64,000 nt of DNA from Candidatus Omnitrophota bacterium (lineage in GTDB: Bacteria > Omnitrophota > Gorgyraeia > Gygaellales > Profunditerraquicolaceae). The notes beneath the pieces were generated by a model. That model was not told the origin of the DNA. It was given only the letters and a program-made list of their open reading frames with translations, and did no database searches. The stretch's first letter is position 1, and each line of letters starts with the position of its first letter. Both the position numbers and the translations under genes were made by a program. Where the stretch lies: positions 2,696-66,695 of the forward strand of contig JAGOOP010000003.1 of NCBI GenBank assembly GCA_017992455.1. Direction: 5' to 3'. Shown piece after piece: positions 40,289 to 48,163 of the stretch.

Positions 40289-41637
40289 GTGCGGTCAGAG
40301 TGAGGTTCGCTCCCAGTCCGACGGGTTTTCTGCATATCGGCGGCAGCCGCACTGCGCTGTTCAACTGGATCTTCGCGCAGTCTCAAAAAGGCAAATTTAT
40401 CCTGCGCATCGAAGATACGGACGCGCTCAGGTCAAAGAAGGAATACGTCGATGAGATCCTGCAGAGCCTGGACTGGCTCGGTTTCCATTGGGATGAGATC
40501 TATTATCAGAGCCAACGGTATGCAATATATAAGGAATACGCCGATAAGCTGCTCAAGGACGGCAGGGCGTATTTAGCGGATAAGCTGGCGGTACAGCCCG
40601 CAGAGGCCCCGGCCGCGGTTCCTGCCGCAGGCGCGGCAGGCCGGGCGGTCATACTGAAGATCGAACCGCGAACGATCGCGGTCGAAGACCTGATCCGCGG
40701 CAGGATCGAATTCGACACGTCGGTCATCAAGGACCAGGTGCTTATCAAATCCGACGGCACGCCGACGTACAACTTCGCGTGTGTTGTCGATGACGCGCTC
40801 ATGGGCATCACTCATGTCATCCGCGGGGACGACCATATTTCCAACACGCCCAAGCAGGTCATCATGTACGAAGCGCTCGGCCTTGCGATGCCGGCGTTCG
40901 CGCATCTGCCGCTCATCCTGGCAAAAGAAGGCGGCAGGCTTTCCAAGCGCAAAGGCGCCACTGCCATTTCGGAATTCCGGTCCATGGGGTATCTTTCAAA
41001 AGCGCTCGTGAACTTCCTTCTGCTGCTGGGCTGGTCCCCGGGAGAGAACCGCGAGATCATCGAGCCCCACGAGGCGGTCAAGCTTTTCGACATCAGGCAC
41101 ATCAATAAGACCGCTGCGGTGCTTGACCTGGACAAGCTCAACTGGATCAATAACCAGTATCTCAAAGCCGAGGACCCGGAAAAACTCATCGATGAGGTGA
41201 TGCCTCTTTTAGAAGCAAGGGGCCTGATCGATAAAAAGACCGTTGACCGAGGCTATGTCCGCTCCATTGTCTGCCTGCTTCAGGCGCGGTTGACCACGCT
41301 GAATGATTTTCCCGAGCGCGCGGATTTCTTTTTTATGAAAGAACCGGCGATGGATCCGAAAGCCAGAGAAAAATTCCTCACCGCAGACCTTTCAAAGGAA
41401 TTCAGCGAGTTTGCCCGGCGGCTGTTTGCGCTGGAGCGGTTCGATATCGTATCGATCGAGGACGCGTTCAGACAGCTTGCGGCTGAATTGAAGCTCGAGG
41501 CAAAGGCGTTGATCCATCCGGTCCGCGTTGCCCTGACGGGAAAAACTGTTGGACCCGGCCTGTTCGAAGTGATATATTATTTAGGTAAAGAACGCTCCAT
41601 CGAGCGGCTCATGAAGCAGGTCAAAACAGGAGGCTAG
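40285..41637 (+). CDS. gltX: Glutamyl-tRNA synthetase
   Basis: Starts [28 protein letters not shown] (HIGH motif). It also has [16 protein letters not shown] and the KMSKS-like RLSKRKG. Confidence 0.93.
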   Translation: [450 protein letters not shown]

Positions 41638-41796
41638 ATGAGCAGGGCCTTGGTGCTTGCGGCGCTGCTGGCATGCGCCCTGATGTCAGGATGCCATACA
41701 GCATCCGGCGCGGCTGCGGGCGCGGCAGCAGGGGCACAAAAGGATTACGAAACAGCCAAAAAAGCGGATGCGTGGCTGCAGGATAATCTCTGGTGA
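41638..41796 (+). CDS. Small putative lipoprotein (52 aa)
   Basis: The ATG overlaps the gltX stop region. MSRALVLAALLACALMSGCHTASG carries a lipobox (LMSGC). A strong terminator follows. The ORF is too short for the ORF track. Confidence 0.45.
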   Translation: MSRALVLAALLACALMSGCHTASGAAAGAAAGAQKDYETAKKADAWLQDNLW

Positions 41797-41799
41797 TAT

Positions 41800-41832
41800 A
41801 AGCGCGGCATGTATCCATGCCGCGCTTTTTCT
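41800..41832 (+). terminator. Rho-independent terminator after gltX and the lipoprotein ORF
   Basis: AAGCGCGGCATG-tatc-CATGCCGCGCTT (12-bp stem, 41800-41827) followed by TTTCTTT. Confidence 0.8.
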
Positions 41833-41918
41833 TTGAGAAAGCGCTTTCACAAATACGCTGTTTTGGCATTGTTTTGCGTGTGCCCCGCGCGTATACTTAT
41901 ATGGAGGGCTCCATTCCT

Positions 41919-42332
41919 ATGAGGGCAAAAGGATTCACCCTGCTGGAACTCATGGTGGTTATTATCATCATCGGCATCCTGGTCATATATTCGCTTCCGT
42001 CGATGGGGAATTCGCTTGAGCGCAGCCGGGGCCGGAACGCTGAATTTAACCTGATAGCGGTCTATTCCGCGCAGAAGCGGTATCTGGTAAGCGAGCGTAA
42101 GTACTTTATATGTGACGACGGCGATATCGTAAATCCGGACGAGCGGCTGGCTGCGATAAATCAAAACCTTTCGCTCAAGATCGAAGACGCGTATTTTGAA
42201 TATAGTATCAGCAAAGCCGGGGACGGGTATCGGGCGCGGGCGGTCAGGAAGGACGGCAGATGCGTCAATAAAGCGATGAGTGTGACCGAGGACAACAGCA
42301 CGGTTAACAAAAAAGGATGCACGGCATGGTAA
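41919..42332 (+). CDS. Prepilin-type N-terminal cleavage/methylation-domain protein (pseudopilin/minor-pilin-like)
   Basis: MRAKGFTLLELMVVIIIIGILV is a class III signal (G|FTLLE with Glu5). SD GGAGGG lies upstream of the ATG at 41919. The ORF-track start at 41817 lies inside the upstream terminator. Confidence 0.85.
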   Translation: MRAKGFTLLELMVVIIIIGILVIYSLPSMGNSLERSRGRNAEFNLIAVYSAQKRYLVSERKYFICDDGDIVNPDERLAAINQNLSLKIEDAYFEYSISKAGDGYRARAVRKDGRCVNKAMSVTEDNSTVNKKGCTAW

Positions 42333-43702
42333 AACGCATGACATTATGGCAAGGGGCCCTGGCCTGCGCGGTGCTGGCGATCGTGTGCATGTGCGGTTTT
42401 GCGGTCGCTAAAGAAAAGCTCATGCTTAAATATCTGCCGGTCGACCATGATATCGAGATGGTCAGCCAGGATCATACGGCGAACCCGATCGTGGTCGATG
42501 AAACGAAGGATCCTGCTATTCAGGCGGTGATAGCCAAGGTCAACATCTGCAGCGCATGCCGGGTACTGGATATAAGCAATTCTTCCCAATGCCCCGACTG
42601 CTGTCTGTATAATAATGACTTGAGCCTTATACACTGTCAGGATAGTTCTGATCCGGCATGTCCGAAGCCGGGGCCGCAGCCGAACCAAAGGCCGTTCGAT
42701 ACGGCGTGTATCGATTGTACCAATACCTTTACGCGGGATTGCAAGCCGTGTCCGGCGCCGTGCGCGAAATCGCCGGAATCTTTCGTGCCCTGCCAGAAGC
42801 GCGGCTGCCCGGATACCGCAGCACCGGATGATCCGTCGTGCAAAGCCGATCCGCATAATCCGCGTGTCTGGTATTGCAAGGGAAGGCTGATAAAACCACG
42901 ACGCGCCTGCGCAAGTTCCTTGATCGCGGACTGTACCGATTATTCGACGACGAATGATGCATATATAGTTCCTTTCCATCCGGAAGATCCGGAACTCTGT
43001 GCTCCCTCCGTGCCTGCTGGGCAGTGCTACAGGTATGAAGCGCGGTCTCAGTTCCTTGATTGCATAACCCGGTGCGTTCAAGAGGCGAATAACTGGGAAA
43101 ATACCTATTATAAATACAACAACGGCACCCTGGGCAGCGCCGTTTGCGGCGAATACGGAAATTGTACCGCCGGATTCACGCGGCATTGCAATGTGGCTAA
43201 GTGCCAGCAGAAGATCGCTTTGAAATGCGCAAGTGATTATACAAAGGCGAAATGCGGGGGCTACGAAAAAGAGCTTCAGGAATATCTGCTGGCCCTTAAG
43301 CCGAAGGTATTCCGCGAGATCGACCCGTCTTTTAAATACTCGTTCGTCGCGCGCAACGGAGAGCGGTATATGGCGGGCTGGCAGGTTCTGTGCGACGTGG
43401 AACTGCCGGGGAAGAACGATCCCGATAAGGATAAATATAATTTTTATACCATGATCAAGGTTTTTGAAGTCGATAACGCGGGGATAGAAACCCAGCGGTA
43501 TGAAAGCATCATCCATCAAAAATCCCTCGGCAGCACGTTTTATATCAACGCGCAAACCGGATTTTCTCAGAAAGATCACGGGCTTCAGCCGGGACACTCG
43601 TATGTGATTAGGCTGTATTATTATTTGCCCTGGGACGGAAAAACTCGTCTTCGCGTAAAAGTGTCGCTTTTACAGATGATTCTGTACAGAACAAAGAATT
43701 AG
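42317..43702 (+). CDS. Cysteine-rich secreted protein of unknown family
   Basis: 461 aa with signal/TM WQGALACAVLAIVCMCGFAVA. Of 32 Cys, 29 lie after the signal region, mostly between residues ~77 and ~350 (for example CSAC, QCPDCC, CIDC, CKPCPAPC). The C-terminal ~110 aa is Cys-free and beta-rich. The gene overlaps the upstream pilin gene by 16 nt. Confidence 0.7.
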   Translation: MHGMVKRMTLWQGALACAVLAIVCMCGFAVAKEKLMLKYLPVDHDIEMVSQDHTANPIVVDETKDPAIQAVIAKVNICSACRVLDISNSSQCPDCCLYNNDLSLIHCQDSSDPACPKPGPQPNQRPFDTACIDCTNTFTRDCKPCPAPCAKSPESFVPCQKRGCPDTAAPDDPSCKADPHNPRVWYCKGRLIKPRRACASSLIADCTDYSTTNDAYIVPFHPEDPELCAPSVPAGQCYRYEARSQFLDCITRCVQEANNWENTYYKYNNGTLGSAVCGEYGNCTAGFTRHCNVAKCQQKIALKCASDYTKAKCGGYEKELQEYLLALKPKVFREIDPSFKYSFVARNGERYMAGWQVLCDVELPGKNDPDKDKYNFYTMIKVFEVDNAGIETQRYESIIHQKSLGSTFYINAQTGFSQKDHGLQPGHSYVIRLYYYLPWDGKTRLRVKVSLLQMILYRTKN

Positions 43703-43727
43703 GCTCATAAATTTCTGGAGGTGGCGT

Positions 43728-44621
43728 ATGAGAGCCATGACAGCGGCATGCTTGATCCTTTTGTTTGCGGCAGGATACGTACACGCGGTTGACAGCGGCA
43801 GTATCCCCGCATCGCAGCAGCCAATAATCCTGGAAAAAACCGGCACCGGGACCATCTTTCTGGAAGCAGCGCTCTATCCCGAATTCACAAATATAGCGCC
43901 TGGAGACGCGGATCCCTGGTGTATGCCGAATAACCGCAGAGTATTTGACTATTTAGCCGGTGAGGATATCAGGAAACAGTCCAATTCTCAGAATCTCAAA
44001 GAGTTCGATGGTAATACCAATCCGGATATTATTAAACGATTGGTCCCGAATCCGAAACGCGTGGTGACGGAGGAACCCTGGCCTACAGGGCGGATCATCG
44101 ACCTGTCCAAGCTCGGCGTTCAACCCACAGATTTGGAGATAAAGCTCGGTGCCGGCGCGCTGAACCCGAAATATTCCGACACGGCGAAAATATTAGTGAC
44201 CTGGACAATGCGGATCGAGGGGAAATGTCCTGCATGGCATATCGGCCATTTTATCTGCGAGCCGTATAACGGAAGCATTTCTTTTCTGTGCGAAAAAGAA
44301 AATGTTGAAACCTGGCTGCGCGCCAAATATGATCTGCTCGATGAGAATGGCAATTTCATCAAGACCGTCGAAAAAAATTTCAAGCCCCGTGTTATAATGG
44401 AAATGCCGGAGACAACCACGAAGACAACGCAGAGAGATCCGACTTTGACCGGGACCTATGTGATCACCGCGCAGGATTTCCCCGATAACGGCAAACGGAT
44501 CCCTGCCGGTATGACACTCAGGGTGTATTGGGAACACAAGGGCGCGATGTACATCTACAGTCCGGACGGCATGCGCAATATGATCGTCAACGTGATACCG
44601 TACACGAAGGCGGTTCAATAA
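43728..44621 (+). CDS. Secreted protein, paralog 1 of a tandem pair (unknown family)
   Basis: 297 aa with signal MRAMTAACLILLFAAGYVHA. Blocks shared with the next gene are SGSIPASQQPI, LEAALYPEF, TAKILVTWTMRIEGKCPAWHIGHFICEP, DPTLTGTYVIT and SPDGMRNMIVNVIP. Confidence 0.7.
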   Translation: MRAMTAACLILLFAAGYVHAVDSGSIPASQQPIILEKTGTGTIFLEAALYPEFTNIAPGDADPWCMPNNRRVFDYLAGEDIRKQSNSQNLKEFDGNTNPDIIKRLVPNPKRVVTEEPWPTGRIIDLSKLGVQPTDLEIKLGAGALNPKYSDTAKILVTWTMRIEGKCPAWHIGHFICEPYNGSISFLCEKENVETWLRAKYDLLDENGNFIKTVEKNFKPRVIMEMPETTTKTTQRDPTLTGTYVITAQDFPDNGKRIPAGMTLRVYWEHKGAMYIYSPDGMRNMIVNVIPYTKAVQ

Positions 44622-44659
44622 AAGGCCGCATTTGAAGGAATACAAAAAGGAGGCGTTAT

Positions 44660-45442
44660 ATGAAACGGATCATAGTGATCGCACTGGTTCTTTTTGCGGC
44701 AGCGGGGTATGTGTATGCCGTAGAAAGCGGGAATATCCCCGCGGCGCAGCAGCCGATCGTCAAAGAAGTGACCGGTTCGGGTACCATAAAGCTTGAGGCA
44801 GCGCTGTATCCGGAATTTCAGCCTATTGAAGTTATTCCCCCGACAGAACCCGGATGTCAGACAGCGGACAGCAGTGTGTTTAAGGCCCTGGCGCTGCAGC
44901 CTATAACGACTGTTTCGCCGTCAACAGGCAAGCCGGTTGGGGCGGATACGGCTAAGCTCGGCAGGCAGGAAACCGATCTCAAGATTAAACTGACGGACGC
45001 AGATATCCCTGTAGGATATCGCAAGACCGCGAAAATCCTCGTTACCTGGACCGTCCGGATCGAAGGAGTGTGCCCTGCATGGGGGATCGGTCATGTCATC
45101 TGCGAGCCCTGGGTCGGGACGCTGACGTTCAATTGTCCTGCCGGCGACGTTAAAACATACTTGAAAGTCGCCTATAAGAGCAATGGGGAAACAAAGGGAG
45201 GGGTGATCAGTGCTCCTGTTGTCATGCAGATGCCCGCGGGCACCACAGGTCCGATTCAGCAGCTGGATCCGACCCTGACAGGCACGTATGTCATAACGCG
45301 GGAGGATTTCCCGGATAAAGAAATCCCCGGCAATCTCGAGTTGACGATCCTGTGGGAGAATTTTACGTCGATGCGGGTCCACAGTCCTGACGGCATGCGC
45401 AACATGATCGTCAATGTGGTGCCGGTCGTGAAAAGCAAATGA
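44660..45442 (+). CDS. Secreted protein, paralog 2 of the tandem pair
   Basis: 260 aa with signal MKRIIVIALVLFAAAGYVYA. It has the same conserved blocks (TAKILVTWTVRIEGVCPAWGIGHVICEP, DPTLTGTYVIT, SPDGMRNMIVNVVP). Confidence 0.7.
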   Translation: MKRIIVIALVLFAAAGYVYAVESGNIPAAQQPIVKEVTGSGTIKLEAALYPEFQPIEVIPPTEPGCQTADSSVFKALALQPITTVSPSTGKPVGADTAKLGRQETDLKIKLTDADIPVGYRKTAKILVTWTVRIEGVCPAWGIGHVICEPWVGTLTFNCPAGDVKTYLKVAYKSNGETKGGVISAPVVMQMPAGTTGPIQQLDPTLTGTYVITREDFPDKEIPGNLELTILWENFTSMRVHSPDGMRNMIVNVVPVVKSK

Positions 45443-46338
45443 AGAACAGCAAGGGCTTAAGCCTGATCGAAATACTCGTTGTCCTGGTCATCACCGGACT
45501 CATCGCGGCGTGCGTGTCAGCCGCGGTGATCGGCGGGTATTATATGCTCAAGCAGGCAGAACATAAGTCGCGGGCAATGAGCATCACGCACGTGAAACTG
45601 CAGGAGTACCTGGCAAAGTCGTTCGACAGCCTGGTGCCTGACGTTATTCCCGGCAACGAAAGCAATATCAGCAATGCGTTTGTCGAGACGCAGGATAATA
45701 CGTATTTTAACTGGACGGTTATCATTAAAGATGGCGTGACCAAAGACGCTCCCAACGAGGTGCCGTATAAGAACGTTACGGTTCAGACGAATTATACCGA
45801 GGTCAACCCGCAGGGCAAGCAGGTTAATTCTCGCGTCATCCAATTATCGAACATTGTGCCGTATCCGTTGATCCATATTCTGTCAACACGGGGGGATATC
45901 GATGATGATAGCCACAAAGCGCCGCGCACCACCCGTGAATATGTGTCAGGCATGACAGATGCGCAGTATAATTGGGGCAACATTCTTCAGACGCCGGCAG
46001 TTATGAGCTTTGATTATGCTGTTTCCAAAGACCTTATTATTATGTATAACCTTGCGATCTTTTATGATACCGACCATTCGCCCGGCGCCGAACAAACAAT
46101 AATGACCCGGTGCCGCATTGATAACGGCAAAACAGAGGGCATTATTACCCGGACGCCCATCAGGTCCCAGAGATTCATCAATAATATACTTCAGGTGGAG
46201 AATGTGCCGGCCGGGCAGCACAAAATAAAGATCGAGTGGTGCCAGGAAGCGGGAAATCCCGATTGGGATGCGAATGTTGCGGTATGGCTGCGCGCGTATG
46301 ACGTGACGGTGGTCGCGGTCGAGCACAAGGATAAATAA
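45439..46338 (+). CDS. Large prepilin-type N-terminal-domain protein (minor-pilin-like, 299 aa)
   Basis: MKNSKGLSLIEILVVLVITGLIAA is a class III signal (G|LSLIE). ATGA overlap with the upstream gene. Confidence 0.8.
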   Translation: MKNSKGLSLIEILVVLVITGLIAACVSAAVIGGYYMLKQAEHKSRAMSITHVKLQEYLAKSFDSLVPDVIPGNESNISNAFVETQDNTYFNWTVIIKDGVTKDAPNEVPYKNVTVQTNYTEVNPQGKQVNSRVIQLSNIVPYPLIHILSTRGDIDDDSHKAPRTTREYVSGMTDAQYNWGNILQTPAVMSFDYAVSKDLIIMYNLAIFYDTDHSPGAEQTIMTRCRIDNGKTEGIITRTPIRSQRFINNILQVENVPAGQHKIKIEWCQEAGNPDWDANVAVWLRAYDVTVVAVEHKDK

Positions 46339-46347
46339 TGAGGGCCG

Positions 46348-46911
46348 ATGATGCATAGACGGGGTATGACCCTAATAGAAGTGCTGGTTGCATTGTCGCT
46401 CGCCGGCATTATGTTCATTGCGATCTTTCATGTCAGCACGATCGCCGGAAAGCAGGTCCATATTTATATCGAGCGGTATAATGCGTACAGCCAGATCGGG
46501 TATGCGTTGGATGATATGGCATTGCGGCTGCCCAGCGCGAGCGAGATCATGACGCCGTTTACGAAATTCGGCGAGCTTGAAATACAAAGGACCATGCGGT
46601 TCAAGGGCGCGAGCAACCCGTATGACGTCACTCCCTACCAGGGTGATACCATATACCGGTACCGCGTTGAGGCCGGCGCCCTTGTTCTTGAGGACCTGAC
46701 GAATGTCAAGACGGAGGTGTTGATCGAGTCAAAGTTCAGGCCTCGCGTCGAATTCATACGCCACGGCGAACAACATGACGCGGAACCTGATTTTATGACC
46801 GTGGTGATCTCGGTGTTCTGCGACAAATCGAAATCCATCGGTTTGCCCGAGAAACTCGTCAAGGCCGAAGGCATACGGTTCTGGTTCATCGACGTGGTTC
46901 GGCCCAAATAA
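46348..46911 (+). CDS. Prepilin-type N-terminal-domain protein (PilW/GspJ-like size, 187 aa)
   Basis: MMHRRGMTLIEVLVALSLAGIMFIAIF is a class III signal (G|MTLIE). Confidence 0.8.
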   Translation: MMHRRGMTLIEVLVALSLAGIMFIAIFHVSTIAGKQVHIYIERYNAYSQIGYALDDMALRLPSASEIMTPFTKFGELEIQRTMRFKGASNPYDVTPYQGDTIYRYRVEAGALVLEDLTNVKTEVLIESKFRPRVEFIRHGEQHDAEPDFMTVVISVFCDKSKSIGLPEKLVKAEGIRFWFIDVVRPK

Positions 46912-46922
46912 GGCAGGCGGAT

Positions 46923-47228
46923 ATGGTCGCAATCATCCTCGGAGTGCTGGTAACGATCGGATCGCTCATGCTGGCTTTTTTTCTGGCCGTTTCGAACGTC
47001 AGCTTTATTGTCGAGAACGATTTTATGGCCAAGGCAAAACAGAACGCGGTTATCCATGCGTTGAGCACGGGCCAGCTGGAGGTGCGCGCCAAGAGGCTGA
47101 CGGAAGGAAAGAGCACGACGGTTGATCCGGGATACCTGCGCGATTTCCGGGACGGCACATATAACAACATGACCTATAATATTACCTACGACAAAGGGGC
47201 CATTGATGTCACCGTCAAGGTTAAATAG
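46923..47228 (+). CDS. Small N-terminally anchored protein (PilX-like position, no cleavage/methylation motif)
   Basis: 101 aa with a single N-terminal TM, MVAIILGVLVTIGSLMLAFFLAV, sitting between pilin-like genes. Confidence 0.55.
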   Translation: MVAIILGVLVTIGSLMLAFFLAVSNVSFIVENDFMAKAKQNAVIHALSTGQLEVRAKRLTEGKSTTVDPGYLRDFRDGTYNNMTYNITYDKGAIDVTVKVK

Positions 47229-47616
47229 GGGCGCGACTTTCCTCGAGATGGTCGTTGTCATTGTGATCATCGGCGTGCTCGCGCGTCTCGGCTTTGCGCA
47301 CTATGCGCACGTCTGCGAAAAGGCGCGCGCGGAAAGCGCGAAGCAGGCCCTGTGGGAGATCCGGGTGGCATGGGGGCAATATATCATGAATTACCGGGAC
47401 AACGACGTGACCTTTCGGGATCTGAATCTTACGCCGCACGAAGCGTTTCCGTCTTCCTGTCGGTCCGAGCAGTATTTCAGGTACGGTTTGAGCAGGACCC
47501 ACGCGATCGCGACCAGATGCACCAGGGGCGGCAAGCCTCCGCAAGGGCCGCGGGCATATGAGGTCACGCTGAATCTCGAAAACAGCACCTGGAGTGGTAC
47601 GCCGGGGTATTATTAG
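47203..47616 (+). CDS. Prepilin-type N-terminal-domain protein (GspG/pilin-like, 137 aa)
   Basis: MMSPSRLNRGATFLEMVVVIVIIGVLA is a class III signal (G|ATFLE). It overlaps the upstream ORF by 26 nt. Confidence 0.8.
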   Translation: MMSPSRLNRGATFLEMVVVIVIIGVLARLGFAHYAHVCEKARAESAKQALWEIRVAWGQYIMNYRDNDVTFRDLNLTPHEAFPSSCRSEQYFRYGLSRTHAIATRCTRGGKPPQGPRAYEVTLNLENSTWSGTPGYY

Positions 47617-47679
47617 ATAAAGGCAAAAAACGGGGTCAGAATTATTTATTTGCGCGAAGCGCGCGCGGCAAATAAAAAC

Positions 47680-47718
47680 CGGGGACGGTTCTCAACGAGA
47701 ACCGTCCCCGTTATTTTT
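47680..47718. terminator. Bidirectional Rho-independent terminator between the pilin-like operon and tRNA-Leu(GAG)
   Basis: CGGGGACGGTTCTC-aac-GAGAACCGTCCCCG (14-bp stem, 47680-47710) is followed by TTATTTTT on the plus strand and preceded by AAAAACC. A second GC/AT hairpin (TTTATTTGCGCG...GCAAATAAA) lies just upstream at about 47645-47677. Confidence 0.8.
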
Positions 47719-47805
47719 GGTGCGAGGAGAGGGAGTTGAACCCTCACAGTTTATGCAACCAACAGCCCCTCAAACTGTCGCGTCTGCCAATTCCGCCATC
47801 CTCGC
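47718..47805 (-). tRNA. tRNA-Leu (anticodon GAG), CCA encoded
   Basis: Reverse complement GCGAGGATGGCGGAATTGGCAGACGCGACAGTTTGAGGGGCTGTTGGTTGCATAAACTGTGAGGGTTCAACTCCCTCTCCTCGCACCA. It has a long variable arm and anticodon loop TTGAGGG. Confidence 0.9.
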
Positions 47806-47837
47806 AATAATATGCAGCTCGGTTTCGAGTGTAGTAT

Positions 47838-47866
47838 ATTCTAATACGTATAGGCCGGTATGGCAA
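47838..47866 (-). promoter_or_regulatory. Sigma-70-like promoter for tRNA-Leu(GAG)
   Basis: The minus strand reads TTGCCA (47866-47861), 17 nt, TAGAAT (47843-47838), about 30 nt upstream of the tRNA 5' end. Confidence 0.45.
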
Positions 47867-47950
47867 GATTTAATTCGACCAAAAATACATTTGCATAATC
47901 GTCATCGATCGTGCATACTTACCAGTGAGAGCCATGCAGGTTCTCGATAA

Positions 47951-48092
47951 TGCCTGTTGAAAAAGGCAAACCAGCAGTAATGCTGGGACATCAAGTGGGC
48001 GCGCTTTACGCGTCTACCTGATCCCGGACGCCGGCATACCGGTGCCCGGGGCAAAGCATCCGGTCCCACAGGGACAGCGGGGCTGCCAAAGG
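47951..48092 (+). promoter_or_regulatory. Riboswitch-like 5' leader with GEMM-I (c-di-GMP-I)-like sequence blocks (candidate only)
   Basis: AAAAAGGCAAACC (GGCAAACC at 47965-47972) is followed by the hairpin AGCA-GUAA-UGCU with a GNRA loop (47973-47984) and GGGAC (47985-47989). GCAAAGC is at 48051-48057 and GACAGCGGGGCUGCC at 48073-48087. About 60 nt of extra hairpins lie between the blocks, so the fit to the two-hairpin GEMM-I model is imperfect. Confidence 0.35.
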
Positions 48093-48103
48093 CGCGGTTT
48101 ATA

Positions 48104-48138
48104 AAACCCTAAGGCACAACGCTTTAGGGTTTTATTTT
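48104..48138 (+). terminator. Intrinsic terminator (expression platform) between the leader and the downstream ORF
   Basis: AAACCCTAA (48104-48112) pairs with TTAGGGTTT (48124-48132), followed by TATTTT. It lies 26 nt upstream of the ATG at 48164. Confidence 0.7.
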
Positions 48139-48163
48139 GCCCCCTTTGGTTTTTGGGGGTACC

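Noticed and set aside
47645-47677. The TTTATTTGCGCG...GCAAATAAA hairpin as an independent small RNA or REP element
   Set aside because: It is a single copy in this window, directly adjacent to the strong bidirectional terminator. The simplest reading is that it is part of the terminator region.
48015-48050. TPP riboswitch, because of ACCUGAUCCCGG resembling the THI-box ACCUGAUCUGG
   Set aside because: The invariant CUGAGA element and the GCGUAGGGA pyrophosphate-sensor segment are absent.
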